The position numbers and the translations under genes are program-made. A stretch of DNA of 63,979 nt, filler included, from Octopus bimaculoides (Eukaryota), in the NCBI RefSeq assembly GCF_001194135.2. It is 4 parts of 4 records of this genome, joined end to end, with 100 filler letters (N's around TTAATTAATTAA, not from the genome) between each part and the next. Parts side by side here need not be neighbours in the genome. Positions count along the whole stretch, not along the records: positions 1 to 29,350 come from NC_068996.1; positions 29,451 to 59,360 come from NC_068990.1; 2 more parts are not named here. One strand, written 5' to 3'. The notes under the pieces are model-generated. The model made no database searches. It had not been told where the DNA came from and saw only the letters and a list, made by a program, of their open reading frames with translations. This document shows positions 25,706 through 38,440 of this stretch, in pieces. Each line of letters starts with the position of its first letter. Within the stretch, counting starts at the first letter, position 1.

Positions 25706-26619
25706 ATTTAATGTTTGTAGATATATATGTCTGTGCATGTGTGCTTATACCTTGACATTACATAGTTGTAAATGAATGTCACCATTGTACAAATGATGTC
25801 TATTATTTTCAGACCTCTCTGAAAATATGTCTGGCTATGTAGAAGTATTATTTTGCTTGGAAGCAGGTGAGGGTTGGCAATAGGAAGAGCATCTGATTGT
25901 AGAGAATTTGTCTCAATGAATTCCTTCTGACTCATACAAGTATGGAAAAGTGGACATTAAAACAATGATGTTGATGATTTGGTGTGTTATTTAACCATTC
26001 TGGCTAAGGTCATGTAGTGGTGGTACCTGATTACATCTTTGTGATGACTCCAGAGTTCAAGTATGCTATGTATAGTGTGCAACCTTGCTGTACACTTTAT
26101 CATGCAGTTCAGTATATAAAGTACAGAAGTGTATAGAATATTTATAAAACATTATTAATGTGTTGGTGACTGAGAAGAAGCAAGCTAATGATGTTTGAAG
26201 TTATTATGGCATTTATGTATGTTTAGTAGTTGTCTAGGTCTAGCTGAGTGATTAAGAAGTTCCACTTCCCAATCATAAGTTCCAGGTTCAGTCCCTATGC
26301 ATCTTAGACAAATGTCTTTTACCCTGTCCTTGGGTTTGTCAGAGCTTTGCGATTGAAATCGGGTAGACAGAAACTGTGTGGAAGCCTGTGTTTTAATTTA
26401 GATAACTTTCAAATAGCAAGTTTGTGTTGTTGAACCAGTAGCGATCACAGGCAGGTTGATATATTTTGCAGCATGCTAAATGCTGCATTGTGGAAGACAT
26501 ATCCTGATTACAGAAATGTAATTCTAGGTAAAATATTTTTTTATACCAACCAAAGCTCAATGGTAATATCCAATGAGTACCCACTAAATGCCTGTTATCA
26601 AACAAAATTGCAGAAACCA

Positions 26620-26835
26620 GCAGAGTGTACATGCCCATTGTTGAGCAAAATCACCAAAGACCACCTTCCAGGTGGTTTACTCTCAGGTGTTATTGTAGTT
26701 ACACAACATGATGTTCACTTTAACTGTTCTGTGTGCAACATACTGTGGGGATTGTATCACACTGCTGCTAATCACTCTGTTGATTTCAAAAAATCACACC
26801 AACTTCTCAAATAGCATTGTGGAAGATAAATGGAA
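26620..26835 (+). mobile_element. Possible decayed Merlin/ISXO2-type transposase fragment
   Basis: LLSKITKDHLPG...LYHTAANHSVDFK, then (frameshift) HTNFSNSIVEDKWK. Resembles the ISXO2 pattern GY.H.TVNHS..F....HTN.IE..W. The catalytic SD motif is not clearly present. Confidence 0.35.
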
Positions 26836-27867
26836 ATCCTCAGGGAACATTTTTTTTTTTTTTTTTACAAAAAGTGTCCTCCATGCCACAAAATACAGTA
26901 AAATGGCTGATATGAAAGTGAACAGTAAAATGAGGGACTTATAACAGGTCCACACTGTCACAATGTACCTCACCAGTGGGAGATGTCTGCATTATAAAAT
27001 ATCTGATAAAAAGGGGATGATCATGGCTGGAACATTTTTGATCATAAGTCTGCTCAATCAAGGTTGACTTGGATTGGGATGGTGGTGCTGAGCATCAATA
27101 ACCACAATACAGCAACAGATGATATTGAAGGGTGTAAGATTAATGAGTTGCTCTTTAGTCATTGGTTTAAGTGATTAGCTACCTTTATGTAGAGCTGATC
27201 AATGATAATCAGCACTCCCACTGCCACCATCGCTTTATTCCACAACCACTATATCGGCATGGTAACAACATAGCTGAACATCATAACCCCACTCTCTGAA
27301 AGCTAAGTGATCAGCTACCTCTATTCAGAGCTAACCAAAAATAGTTAATCATCATTATCTTTATCATCAACAACAACAATAGCAGCCACAACACCTTCCC
27401 CAGCCCCATGACCACTGTATGGACATAATAGATTGTATCACAGTTGTGTATCATAACAGCACCCTCTGAAAGCCAGTTCTCATCATCTAATGTAATTAAT
27501 TAATTAGATCTCCAATGTTTTCATCAATGAATAGTAATCTAGTTGTTCTCTCGAATCATTAGGTTACTGTTAACTGGCTGAGTATTCCATACATAGGTGT
27601 ACCCTTAACGTAATTTCTCAGTCAGGTTTGGTATGACAATGCTCGTCGTCAATACTCACCTGTTGCCAAGGAAGATAATAATATTTCCCCATACCCTAGA
27701 CATGTTTTCCACACAAGACTGGAAACAAACAGCCTTGTTTGTATGACAGTAAGTTGACTTACTACGTTTTTTGTAGGAGAATGGATATTCAAATTCCTTG
27801 GACCATGCTGCATACATAGTAGAGATATGATATTGGAAAATTTTCAACTTTTCATTATACAGCAACC

Positions 27868-28080
27868 TATCATCATCCTTTAACAACTGTTTTCCCTGCT
27901 GGTATGGATTAGACAGTTTGACTGGAGCTGGTAAGCCAGAGAGCTGTACCAGGCTCCAATCTGTTTTGGTTTGGATGCCTTACCTATTGCCAACCACTCT
28001 ACAAAGTGTACTCGGTGTCTTTTACATGTCACTGGCATGGTTGCCTTTTATGTGTCATTAGCACTAGCCACAACCATGAT
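27868..28080 (-). mobile_element. Older RTE 3' tail
   Basis: Reverse complement of the tail (catcatcctttaac...ggatgccttacctattgccaaccact). Confidence 0.75.
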
Positions 28081-28544
28081 TTCACTTTGTTATGACACAG
28101 TATTATGATAAAATAGGATAACTCTTTCAATTTTTTGCACTTATCTCCGTTCCTTGTTTTTTGTCTTACTGTGTTTTGTAATACTCATTTACAACCATTA
28201 CATGATGTCAAAACAAAGTACATGCATACTCTGGCAAACACACACACACACACACACTCACATGATGGGCTTCTTTCATTTTCATCTACAAAATCCATTT
28301 AAGGCTTTGGTCAGTCTGGGGTTATGGTAGAAGATATTTGCCCAAGATGCAGCATAGTCGAGCTGAACCCAGAACTGTGTGGTGGAGAAGGCTACTTCTT
28401 AATCACACAACGATGCCTGCACACATCCACAAAACTTTGCCTGTACCTCTCACTTTTTCCATATATATAAATAAACCCATCCTCCACAGCAGAAGTGTTA
28501 AGGTTGCTCCCGCTGGAGAAGAGGATTGGCCTGCAAGAGTCTTG

Positions 28545-28755
28545 TGCCAATGCCATGTAAAAAGCTCTTGTGTTGGTACATATAGAAGCACCTAACACAC
28601 TGTAAAGTGGTTGGCATTAGGAAGGGCATCCAGCTGAAGAAACCAAGCCAAAACAGATTGGAGCCTGGTGCAGCTCTCTGGTTTGCCAGCTCTAGTCAAA
28701 CTGTCCAACCCATCCTACCATGGAAAACAAACATTAAATGATAATGATGATGATA
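28545..28755 (+). mobile_element. Older RTE 3' tail
   Basis: gtggttggcattaggaagggcatccagc...ttaaatgataatgatgatgat. Confidence 0.8.
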
Positions 28756-29151
28756 TGAGTGAGACAGAAAAAGTGATGTGTAAAAGTGATGGTGATTTCA
28801 AATGAAAGCACAAGGATGTGATATCTGCTGCGTACTGAATTGCACAGGCAATCACTTGTCATTCTTACAATGAGAAATGCAGTAAACCAGTGATTGATGG
28901 AAATATAACCAACAGTGCTGTTGATTTGTGTGTGTGTGTGTGCACATATGTGTATTTAGAATAAAAAGCAGAAGAGCATGCATTTCAAATATAGTTCATA
29001 ATTTCTGTTGTGCTCAAAAGCTGTTTCAGTAGCATAAAACATTATTATTTGTATAATTATGTTGTTGAAATACTCCAGTTAATTATATGACACCTATATT
29101 ATTGAGAAAAAGTAAATGTCTTTTTTTTTTTTTTGTTTCTCATTGAAACAG

Positions 29152-29186
29152 TTGTAGAGGATAATGAAATTATGAACTACATGTGA
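29152..29186 (+). CDS. Candidate terminal exon of an unidentified gene
   Basis: Long T tract + gtttctcattgaaacag|. Phase 1 reads (x)VEDNEIMNYM*, and the other two phases stop at once. AT-rich UTR-like sequence follows. Confidence 0.3.
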
Positions 29187-29350
29187 AATTTTATACAATT
29201 CTGCTTTTTATTCTAAATATGCTGCTCTTAATGATCATTTTAACTGAATCTGAATATACTAATTTATTCCACCAAGATTTACTACATTATATTAATATAT
29301 ACTTGTGTTTTACACTGTGCTATCAATTTGATCTCTTAATTACCATCAAT

Positions 29351-29450
29351 NNNNNNNNNNNNNNNNNNNNNNNNNNNNNNNNNNNNNNNNNNNNTTAATT
29401 AATTAANNNNNNNNNNNNNNNNNNNNNNNNNNNNNNNNNNNNNNNNNNNN
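29351..29450. other. Artificial scaffold-join linker
   Basis: 44 N + TTAATTAATTAA (stops in all six frames) + 44 N, exactly 100 bp. Confidence 0.95.
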
Positions 29451-31599
29451 CACAACGTAACTGCAGCCAAATTCAAAAGGAAGCCCTGGCTATCATATTT
29501 GGCTTGCAGAAGTTTTACCAGTATTTGTACGGTCGTAAATTCGTACTCGTGACTGACCACAAGCCACTGACATCACTGTTCAGTCCGAGGAAAGGGACGC
29601 CACTAACAGACTAGCACGGTGGGCCCTGTGGCTGAACCAGTTTGACTACACCATTGAATATCGGAAATCAGCAGATCATGGCAATGCTGATGCCCTCAGT
29701 CGCTTGCCATTCGGTGATGACAATGACTTTGACAGAAAGGAAAATGGTGAAGACATAGACATGGTGTGTGCCATCAAAGCTCTTAGTATTCAAGTCCAAC
29801 CTGTGGATGCCAACGTCAGGGAAAGATCCAGTGATATCTACAGTGATGCGCTACGTGAAGGCTGGCCACCAAAGAACATGAAGATCAATGACGAAGTCAA
29901 CAAGTTCTGGAAGTTATCAAACTCAGTATCTGCCACGGATGCCTTATACATGGATCTAGAGTTGTGATTCCACATAGCTTGCAGCCAAAGATCCTCAATC
30001 TTCTGCATCTCGGACACTTTGGCATGGAACACATGAAACAACTAGCAAGAACTGCTGTTTATTGGCCTGGTATCGATGCTGCTATAGAGATATCCAGTCG
30101 ACAATGTGATTCGCGTAACGAACATCAAAGGCAGCCATCTAAGCCTCCAGTTCACCCATGGATGTTACCAGAAAAGCCGTGGAGCTGCTTACACCTGGAC
30201 CACGCAATAAATTTTATGGGTAGAGATTGGCTGGTGATCACAGATGCTTATTCCAAGTACCCATGCATTCATCCTACTTCCTCCACGTCCTCCAAAGCCA
30301 CTTTAAATCTGCTTGAGGAAGACTTTGTGCACTTCGGATTTCCTCACACACTGGTCACCGATAACACACCAACTTTTACGTCTGAGGAGTTCCAGAGCTG
30401 GTGCAAAGAACGTGGGATCACNNNNNNNNNNNNNNNNNNNNNNNNNNNNNNNNNNNNNNNNNNNNNNNNNNNNNNNNNNNNNNNNNNNNNNNNNNNNNNN
30501 NNNNNNNNNNNNNNNNNNNNNNNNNNNNNNNNNNNNNNNNNNNNNNNNNNNNNNNNNNNNNNNNNNNNNNNNNNNNNNNNNNNNNNNNNNNNNNNNNNNN
30601 NNNNNNNNNNNNNNNNNNNNNNNNNNNNNNNNNNNNNNNNNNNNNNNNNNNNNNNNNNNNNNNNNNNNNNNNNNNNNNNNNNNNNNNNNNNNNNNNNNNN
30701 NNNNNNNNNNNNNNNNNNNNNNNNNNNNNNNNNNNNNNNNNNNNNNNNNNNNNNNNNNNNNNNNNNNNNNNNNNNNNNNNNNNNNNNNGCAAACAGTCTA
30801 AGGAAGCATATAAGTCTCAGGTGACTCCAGGCTCGGCTGATGTCGCTAAAGTTACCAGGCAGTACAAGGCCGGAGATCCTGTGTATGCACTATACTATGG
30901 ACCTCGCCAAGACAAAGATCCCCGATGGGTACAAGCAATCATTAAGAAGTCATTGGGTATTCGCTGCTTTAATGTCAAGGTCATACCTCATGGCCCGATG
31001 TGGAGACGACACTGGGAACAGCTGCGACCGCGGTACACAACTGAGGAAGACAATGAACCTGGTGATGCAGAAAACACTGTATTTGAACCTGCAACAGATC
31101 ACCCGATGGAGATCTCGGAAACTGTGCCACTAACTCAAAGACAAACCAGACTCAAGACCATGTTACCCGTTCCAGAGTATGGACCAGACAACCCAAGACA
31201 GTCCAAGAGAACCCGTAAAACCCAAGAGAGACTTTGCTGTTGATACTTCTTGTGTAGCATCAATTTCAGTGGGGAGGTGTTATATGGACTGTTGGATTTG
31301 TTTGTTGTTCATCTGAGGTCCCGTGTTTCAATGTAGTTCGTCTGAGGTCCCGTGTTTCAATGTAGTTCGTCTGAGGTCCTGTGTTTCAATGTAGTTTGTC
31401 TGAGGTCCCTGTTCTCGTTGTTGTTTTGAATGACTGTGGAAGTCAAATGTTATTGATATATATGGCGAGGACATGATTCTTGTTTATTAATAATGAACAT
31501 TCGGTGAGTGCGTTCTTTGTTTGTAATTAAATAATAAATGTAATAACTAAATTGTAGAACTTGTCTTTTCTCTGCGAGTCCCCCGAGAGGAATACAACA
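29451..31599 (+). mobile_element. Ty3/Gypsy LTR retrotransposon, 3' part (RNase H, integrase, PPT, 3' LTR 31278-31599)
   Basis: EALAIIFGLQKFYQYLYGRKFVLVTDHKPL. Integrase HLGHFGMEHMKQLARTAVYWPGID and PWSCLHLDHAINFMGRDWLVITDAYSKYP. PPT cagtggggagg precedes an LTR TGTTAT...TACAACA. Confidence 0.93.
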
Positions 31600-31639
31600 C
31601 CTATACTCTGGATTTCCTGTTCCTGATTTGTACGCTCTT

Positions 31640-32720
31640 ACTCATCATTGAAAGGATCTCCTCAATCATCCATTTCATTTGACTGTATTCTTTTTCTTTG
31701 GCAGGATTTCCTGGGCTGCTTCTATGAAGATGTTTCTCATTACTTCCCAGGTAATCTCCTAGCCATTATCCATCAACTGATTAAATCTGTTCTCTACATT
31801 GATGGAATACCTCGGCTGCACCTCTGGTTTATACACTAAAAATCCAGTTTCTTTATAGTTCTTGTTCTCTTCCACTTCTTTAATTTACATTGGAGTGTGC
31901 ATACCACTGGTACATAGTTGCTCCCACAGTCTGTTCCTGGATATGTTTTTGCATGTTTCAATGATCTTTTCAATCTGTCATATAATCAATCTGGTTTCGC
32001 AAGCTGTTACCAGGGCCCTTCCATGTGTAATTCTTGGGTGCTCCTTAAACCATGTCATAATAATCTTATTCTTTGTTGCACACCACCATAACCATCTCTC
32101 ACCTTCCTCATTTTTCTCACCAATTCCACACTGACCATCTGCTTTGCCATCCTATCCATGATCCACCTTTGCATTCAGATCTCCCATGATGATATTAGTT
32201 TCATCTGACTTGCACTGAGATTGGCTTCTTCTAAAGTCTCATAGAAGGCATCAATCTCCTCTTCTGTGCTATCTGCTGTTGATGCATAAACTACTATGAT
32301 GATGTTAAATGGATTTCTAGGCAGTTTGACCAGCAGGACTCTTTCACTTACTCTCCAGGAGTCAAGGACACATTTCACCATATTAGGATCTAAAAGTAGT
32401 CCTACTCCTTTTTCATGCTTTTTACCACCTGTATAAATCATCATAAAATCATCAATGATGAAGTCACCATTATTAGGCCACCTTGTTTCATTTATGCCCA
32501 GAATGTCAATGTTTAGTCTCATCTCTTGCTTAACATTTTCGAGCTTTCACTTTGATATAAAGTTCCCACATTGCATGTCCCAACTCTGACGGTACATCTG
32601 TTGCTAACAGTAGTCTACTGACAGCTGGGATCTTACTAGGTGAGGAGCCATCCTCATTAGACAGAAAAGCTCCCTTCAAGCCTTTATCTTCTGGCATTGA
32701 ATTGCAATTATTCATGAGTG
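31640..32720 (-). mobile_element. RTE LINE 5' fragment (APE endonuclease)
   Basis: LNIDILGINETRWPNNGDF...KHEKGVGLLL...SERVLLVKL...IIVVYASTADSTEEEIDAFYETLE. Confidence 0.88.
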
Positions 32721-32749
32721 TTCTTGAGAATTGTAAAGTTATATATCAT

Positions 32750-32950
32750 GCAAATGGCACCTGTGCTGGTGGTACATAACAGCACCAATTACACTGTAGC
32801 AGTGGTTGGCATTAAGAAGGGTATCTAGCCATAGAAACCATGCCAAATCAGACTGGAGTCTGGTGCAGCCTTCCAGCTTGCTAGCCTTGGTCAAATTTTC
32901 CAATCCATGCCAACATGGACAATGGACGTTAAATGATGATGATGATGATG
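32750..32950 (+). mobile_element. Older RTE 3' tail
   Basis: ggtggtacataacagcacc...ggttggcattaagaagggtatc...ttaaatgatgatgat. Confidence 0.8.
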
Positions 32951-34794
32951 AAAGCAGGTGGAGATAAAGTTTGCAAAATAGTTGAAAATTTTCAGTGAAT
33001 CATGCTAAAACCTTGAATAGAAAATATTGAGTTTATTTTTGTTGGAGTGTGGTTTTAATTTCTATTAACGATGAGTAGATTTTTGTCTGGCATTCTACAA
33101 GAATAAGTTTTACAATGTTTAGGTTTAACACAATATCTAAAATGCTGATAATGCTTAAGTTGAATGCCTTTGTAAATTTATCTAGCTTGTATCAGAAGAT
33201 TGCCAGTCTATAATCTCTTGTCCAAATGGTTCTCTTCTATGGCGTGAAACTTGGCCAATGTGTGCCAATTTCCAGAAGCTGGAAGTCTTCAATTGCTTCT
33301 GTATTTGTCATCTTCTCTGACCGTGTTTCAAACTGACAACTTTAAGCTTGCTGTGATCTCTCATCTCTTGAGGGAACTATGGTGGTTCGGTCAGAGCAGC
33401 GCCCCCACGAACTCATCCAGAAAGCGATAGCACAAGATCCTCCCAAGTGGGCGTAAGCTGAAGACATGGCTCATGACAGTCAAAGTAGATATGGAGCTTG
33501 TTTCCAGCCTTTGAATCTTTGGTGTTCATCACTGGAACTGGGAATGGATTCAACATGCTGCAGAATCGGCCACCAACAGACATGCATGGACCACTTTCAC
33601 CTGTGACATGGTGAATTAAATAGGAGCTGGTCTAACCCCTCCCAAGTGAATGCTGTTACAAGACAAAAAGACAAGAAGTCTATAATCTCTATACAGCCCT
33701 ATGGTTAGGAAAGTAAATATATTTTTGAGTGTGTTTAGGATGTACAGAATCCAAATCCAGCTTCTTTGCAACTGACCATGCTCACTACTTTCTCTTTTCA
33801 TTTAGGGGTTATAGAAGAATAGAAGAAAACTTTTAATTTCACTTATCATACTAAACTCTTTTTGGAGGAGGGTTTTCGAATTTTACAATGTTGAAGTGAG
33901 TAAATTAGCTGTACTTCTTATTTTCTATGCTATTAAACTTAATGAAAATATGAACTCTAATAGCAAAATTTTGATGGTATAAGAATAGTAGTAATACTAA
34001 TCTTTTAAATAAAAACAAACTCACAAATTTGTAGCTGAGTGGTACAATTAAGGATTCTAGAATTCTCATGTTGTTAGTTACATTATTCATTATTTTCTGT
34101 CTGTACTCACTAGCACTCTGTGATTTCATCAAAGCCAACTAATTTCATTTCAGTGAGCGCTTACTCTCTATAATATTTCACATCCTTTTTTCCAATAATA
34201 TCGTGATCCATTCTGACTCTTTCAACAACACTGCAAGGTTTTCACTTCTTTTTTTTAACCAAAACTCTGATTATATTTGTAGTTTAATGATCTATAATTA
34301 TCCTGCAATAATATGTTAGACTTAAAACCAGGTCAGTCTCTAGCAAGATCTTAATTTGGATACAGAGGAAAGAAATTAAATACTGTGAGGCTTTTAATCT
34401 AGCACTTTGCAGTTTTTAATTTATCTCACATCATCCACTTGACCCTTTTGTTACCATATTTCTGTTGAAATACAATGCCTCTGTTTCAATTAATTTTGAA
34501 AATAATGAAAAAATGTTTTAAACTAGCAGTACCCATGAAATTTCTATGACCCATTTTGTGGTACAATGTTGGCTATAAACATCTAACTCAGTAAGTTATA
34601 ATACCCTGTCATTTCCTTCATGGTCTTTTGATCAATTTCCAGCAAACCTTGTTTGTTCTTAATGGTCATGTTCTCTCTTCTAGCCTGTTTTTTTTTCATT
34701 CTGGCATATGCAAAATATTCTTACCTGTCAACTTTCATATTTATCTTGTTTCTTGGTTAACAACTCTCACATTTTTCATATTGGCTTCAGCTAC

Positions 34795-35446
34795 ATCATT
34801 CATCATACAACACGTGGCTCTGTGGCGTGCAAGAGAGACGATTGCGCTGGTATGGACATGTGGTGAGAATGGAGGAGGGTAGCTGCGTGAAAAAGTGCCA
34901 TACCCTAACAGTTGAGGGAACCCGTGGAAGAGGTAGGCCCAGGAAGACCTGGGCTGAGGTGGTGAGGCAAGACCTTCGTACATTGGGCCTCACCGAGGCG
35001 ATGACTACTGACCGAGACCTTTGGAAATGTGCTGTGCGTGAGAAGACCCGGCAAGCCAAGTAAGATCGTTGCCAGTGCCCCTGGACTGGCTTGTGCGGGN
35101 NNNNNNNNNNNNNNNNNNNNNNNNNNNNNNNNNNNNNNNNNNNNNNNNNNNNNNCTGTAGGATTTTCGAGCGAGATCGTTGCCAGTGCCCCTGGACTGGC
35201 TTGTGCGGGTGGCACATAAAAGACACCATTTCGAGCGTGGCCGTTTTCGTGCGGGTGACACGTAAAAGCACCCACTACACTCTCTGAGTGGTTGGCGTTA
35301 GGAAGGGCATCCAGCTGTAGAAACTCTGCCAAATCAGACTGGAGCCTGGTGTTGCCATCCGGTTTCACCAATCCTCAGTCAAATCGTCCAACCCATGCTA
35401 GCATGGAAAGCGGACGTTAAACGATGATGATGATGATGATGATGAT
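34795..35446 (+). mobile_element. Young 5'-truncated RTE (intact C-terminal ORF + 3' UTR)
   Basis: ORF 34827-35063 ERRLRWYGHVVRMEEGSCVKKCHTLTVEGTRGRGRPRKTW...; hairpin-unit UTR; (GAT)n tail. Confidence 0.92.
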
Positions 35447-35569
35447 TTCCTCTAGAATTAATGCTTCACATCATCCCTGATTCACCTCTATTTATTCCTA
35501 ATTCTTATGTCTACTCTTTGTCCAATATTATTACCAAATATATAATATCAAGTACTTCTTAAATTATTG

Positions 35570-35755
35570 CAAGTGAACAGGTTGCAGTTTCAAAGTGATG
35601 AAAATATTTTGACAAATTAAATTAAATGTTGAAATGAATCTAACGGTTTTTGTGTGTTTTTAAATGGCTTGTAAACACCTTCCATGCTGCAATTGCTTGG
35701 GTTTCAGCACATGATCTCAGATCAGGTCGCTTGCTATGCAAGTACATCTCCATAA
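35570..35755. mobile_element. Short interspersed insertion with 14-bp TSD
   Basis: ttcttaaattattg is repeated at 35556-35569 and 35756-35769. Family not identified. Confidence 0.6.
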
Positions 35756-36734
35756 TTCTTAAATTATTGTATTACTGAAATGTAGTTTGGTGTATTACAG
35801 TAGACAATGATCATAGAGCACAACAGCAAGAATTGAGTAGAGAGAGGTAGAGAAGATACAGTGTAGTAGATAATATCTGTACCAAGGATATACTGATACA
35901 TATCTTTTACAAAGAAAGTTAAGAGCTTGATTATTAATATATAGATAGTTGGGAAGCTCCATTCCCAAGATATACTGTTAGACATATTTAATGAAGAAAT
36001 TCAGGAGTACAGTCAATAATATTGTTGTAAAAATCCCATATTCATAGCAAACTGTTAAACATAATTTATGAAGGAGCACAGAACATGTTATTAATGATTT
36101 TCTATACATGTTAAATCATCAAGTAAATAGTGAGAGAGAAAGTCAAACACTATTGGTACATGTGCACACACACACACCAATGTTGTGCACATATAAACAC
36201 ATGCTGTCTACTCTCTCATACACACAACTAATTGTCTTCAGAGTATGTATGTGTATACAAGTCATTCATTTAATGTCCTCCCTCATTCTATCATCTACAC
36301 ACTTTTACCATAGCACTTTAATATAGTTGATAATTTGTTGTTATTAAGCTAGTGTTTGGAATATAAATAAACATAAAATTTTGATGGGAGGTTTAATTTT
36401 AATCACTTTAAAATCAAGGAATTTGTATCATAGAATTAGGAGAAGTCTCAGATAAGTTTCTATCAAAAGAGTTAAATACTGATTTTGTACTGCTTGCTGC
36501 TGATGATCACAACATATTTTGTATGCAGTTTGAAGCAAATTCTTTGATCCTCCGAGAACTATTAACCAAGACAGTCAGAGTACCAGAAATTGAAATAAAA
36601 AAAAAAGAGAATCTTATATAAAGACACTTTTCTTCGTTTATTGAATCAGAAATTGGTAAAATATGTAAAGAAAAGAAAAATATAAGAAAAGTTCTGTTCC
36701 AAAGACATACAGGGATGATGATGAAGATGGTGAT

Positions 36735-36913
36735 GATGATGATGATTCTTTCTACTATAGGCATAAGGCCTGAAATTTGGGGAGAGGGGACTCATCGATT
36801 ACATTGACCCTGAAGGGATGAAAGGCAAAGTCAACCTTGGTGTAATTTGAACTCAGGACATAAAGACAGACAAAATCTGCCAGCTCGCTACCTTGATGAT
36901 GATGATGATGATG

Positions 36914-36965
<52 letters not shown>

Positions 36966-38437
36966 CAACAACAATTGTGGTTTCAACTGTTGGTAAAAGA
37001 CCAGCAAGTTCAGGAATGGGTTAAGTTGATTACATCAACCCCAGTGCTCAATTGGTACTTATTTTATCAACCCCGAAAGTACGAAAGACAAAGTCGGCCT
37101 TGGTGGAATTTGAACTCTGACTATAAAGACAGACAACATGCCACTAAGCATTTTACCCAGCATGCCGCCTTTTCACATTCTAAGTTCAAATTCCACCAAG
37201 GTTAATTTTGGCTTTCATCCTTTCAGGCTCAATAGAATAAGTAGCAGTTGAGTACTGGGGTTAATGTAATTGACTAACCCCTCCCCCAAAATTGCTAGCC
37301 TTGTGCCAAAATTTGAAAGCATTATCATTATCATCATTGAAGATGTCACACAGGATTCAATATTCAATAATAATAGTAATAATAATGCTTTCAAATTCTG
37401 GCATGAGGCCAGCAATTTTTTGGTGGGGTAGTGGTAAGTTGAATTCATTGACCCCAGTGCTCAACTGCTACTTATTCTATCGACCCTAAAAGGATGAAAG
37501 CCAAAATCAACCTTGGCAGAATTTGAATTTAGAACATGAAGATGCTGCTAAACATTTTGTCCAGCAAGCTAATGGTTCTATCAGCGCATCGCCTTAATAA
37601 TGATGATGATGATGATGACAACATTGGCACCTACAAATTTGAGGAAGAGACACAATCAATTACATCAAGCCCGGTTTACTAGTGGTACTAGTAAACTGGC
37701 AGGTTTTTGAACTCAGAATGTAAAGAGGTGACAATGCAATACTCTACTGTATCTGCCACTCCACTGCTTAATAAGTAACAAAATATCTTTTATGATAATC
37801 ATAGTTTGTTAGACACCTTTGTTAGGCAAATAAAGTTAAGATATTGCCTAAGGACAAAATACAACACCTGCAGCATGTAAAAACTTGGTCTGATACAAGC
37901 CAAGCACTTGGGTGGTAAGGATTTTTATATAGGTATGAATATTTTTTTTAGGGTTAGCATATGTATTATTAATGACCTTTCCAAAGATATTACTGACATG
38001 TGAAATGGTTGAAAATTAGAATTAAAAAAAAAAACAATTCCTAAGCTTGATTCACAGAGTTAATGGAATTGCAAAGAGCATCCAGTAATGTTCAGAGTAA
38101 AGTGAAGTGGATCAGTTCCTATTAGTAATTGAAACTGAGTGCCAACCTGCAATGTGGTGGAAAGACAAAGATTTTGCCACCTCATTGTAATGCTGAAAGT
38201 AAAAAAAAAACAAAATAATAATTGTTTCAAATTTTGGCACAAAGCCAGCAGTTTTTGAGAGGAGGGGGAAGTTGATTATATCAAAACCAGTACTTGATTG
38301 TTACTTATTTTATTGACCTCAAAAGGATGAAAGGCAAAGTTGACCTCAACAGAATTTGAACTCAGAACATTAAGACGGATGAAATTCCCCTATGCATTTT
38401 GTCCAGCAAGTTAACAATTCTGCCAGCTCACTGCCTC

Positions 38438-38440
<3 letters not shown>
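36735..38440. mobile_element. Dense SINE family B cluster in mixed orientation, embedded in (AAT)/(GAT) arrays
   Basis: Copies at about 36735-36895(-), 36975-37130(-), 37165-37322(+), 37385-37595(-) and 38225-38440(-). Confidence 0.85.

Noticed and set aside
27625-27886. VWYDNARRQ (homeodomain helix-3-like) segment and the minus-strand ORF MLKDDDRLL...
   Set aside because: The apparent acceptor lies in a SINE-like fragment, the minus ORF starts in an RTE tail, and the rest of a homeodomain is absent.
31307-31411. CRISPR-like 29-bp repeats
   Set aside because: There are no spacers, and the repeats lie inside a eukaryotic LTR.
29964-32522. ORFs that pipelines often label 'K02A2.6-like' or 'craniofacial development protein 2-like'
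   Set aside because: They are Gypsy integrase and RTE APE endonuclease, not host genes.
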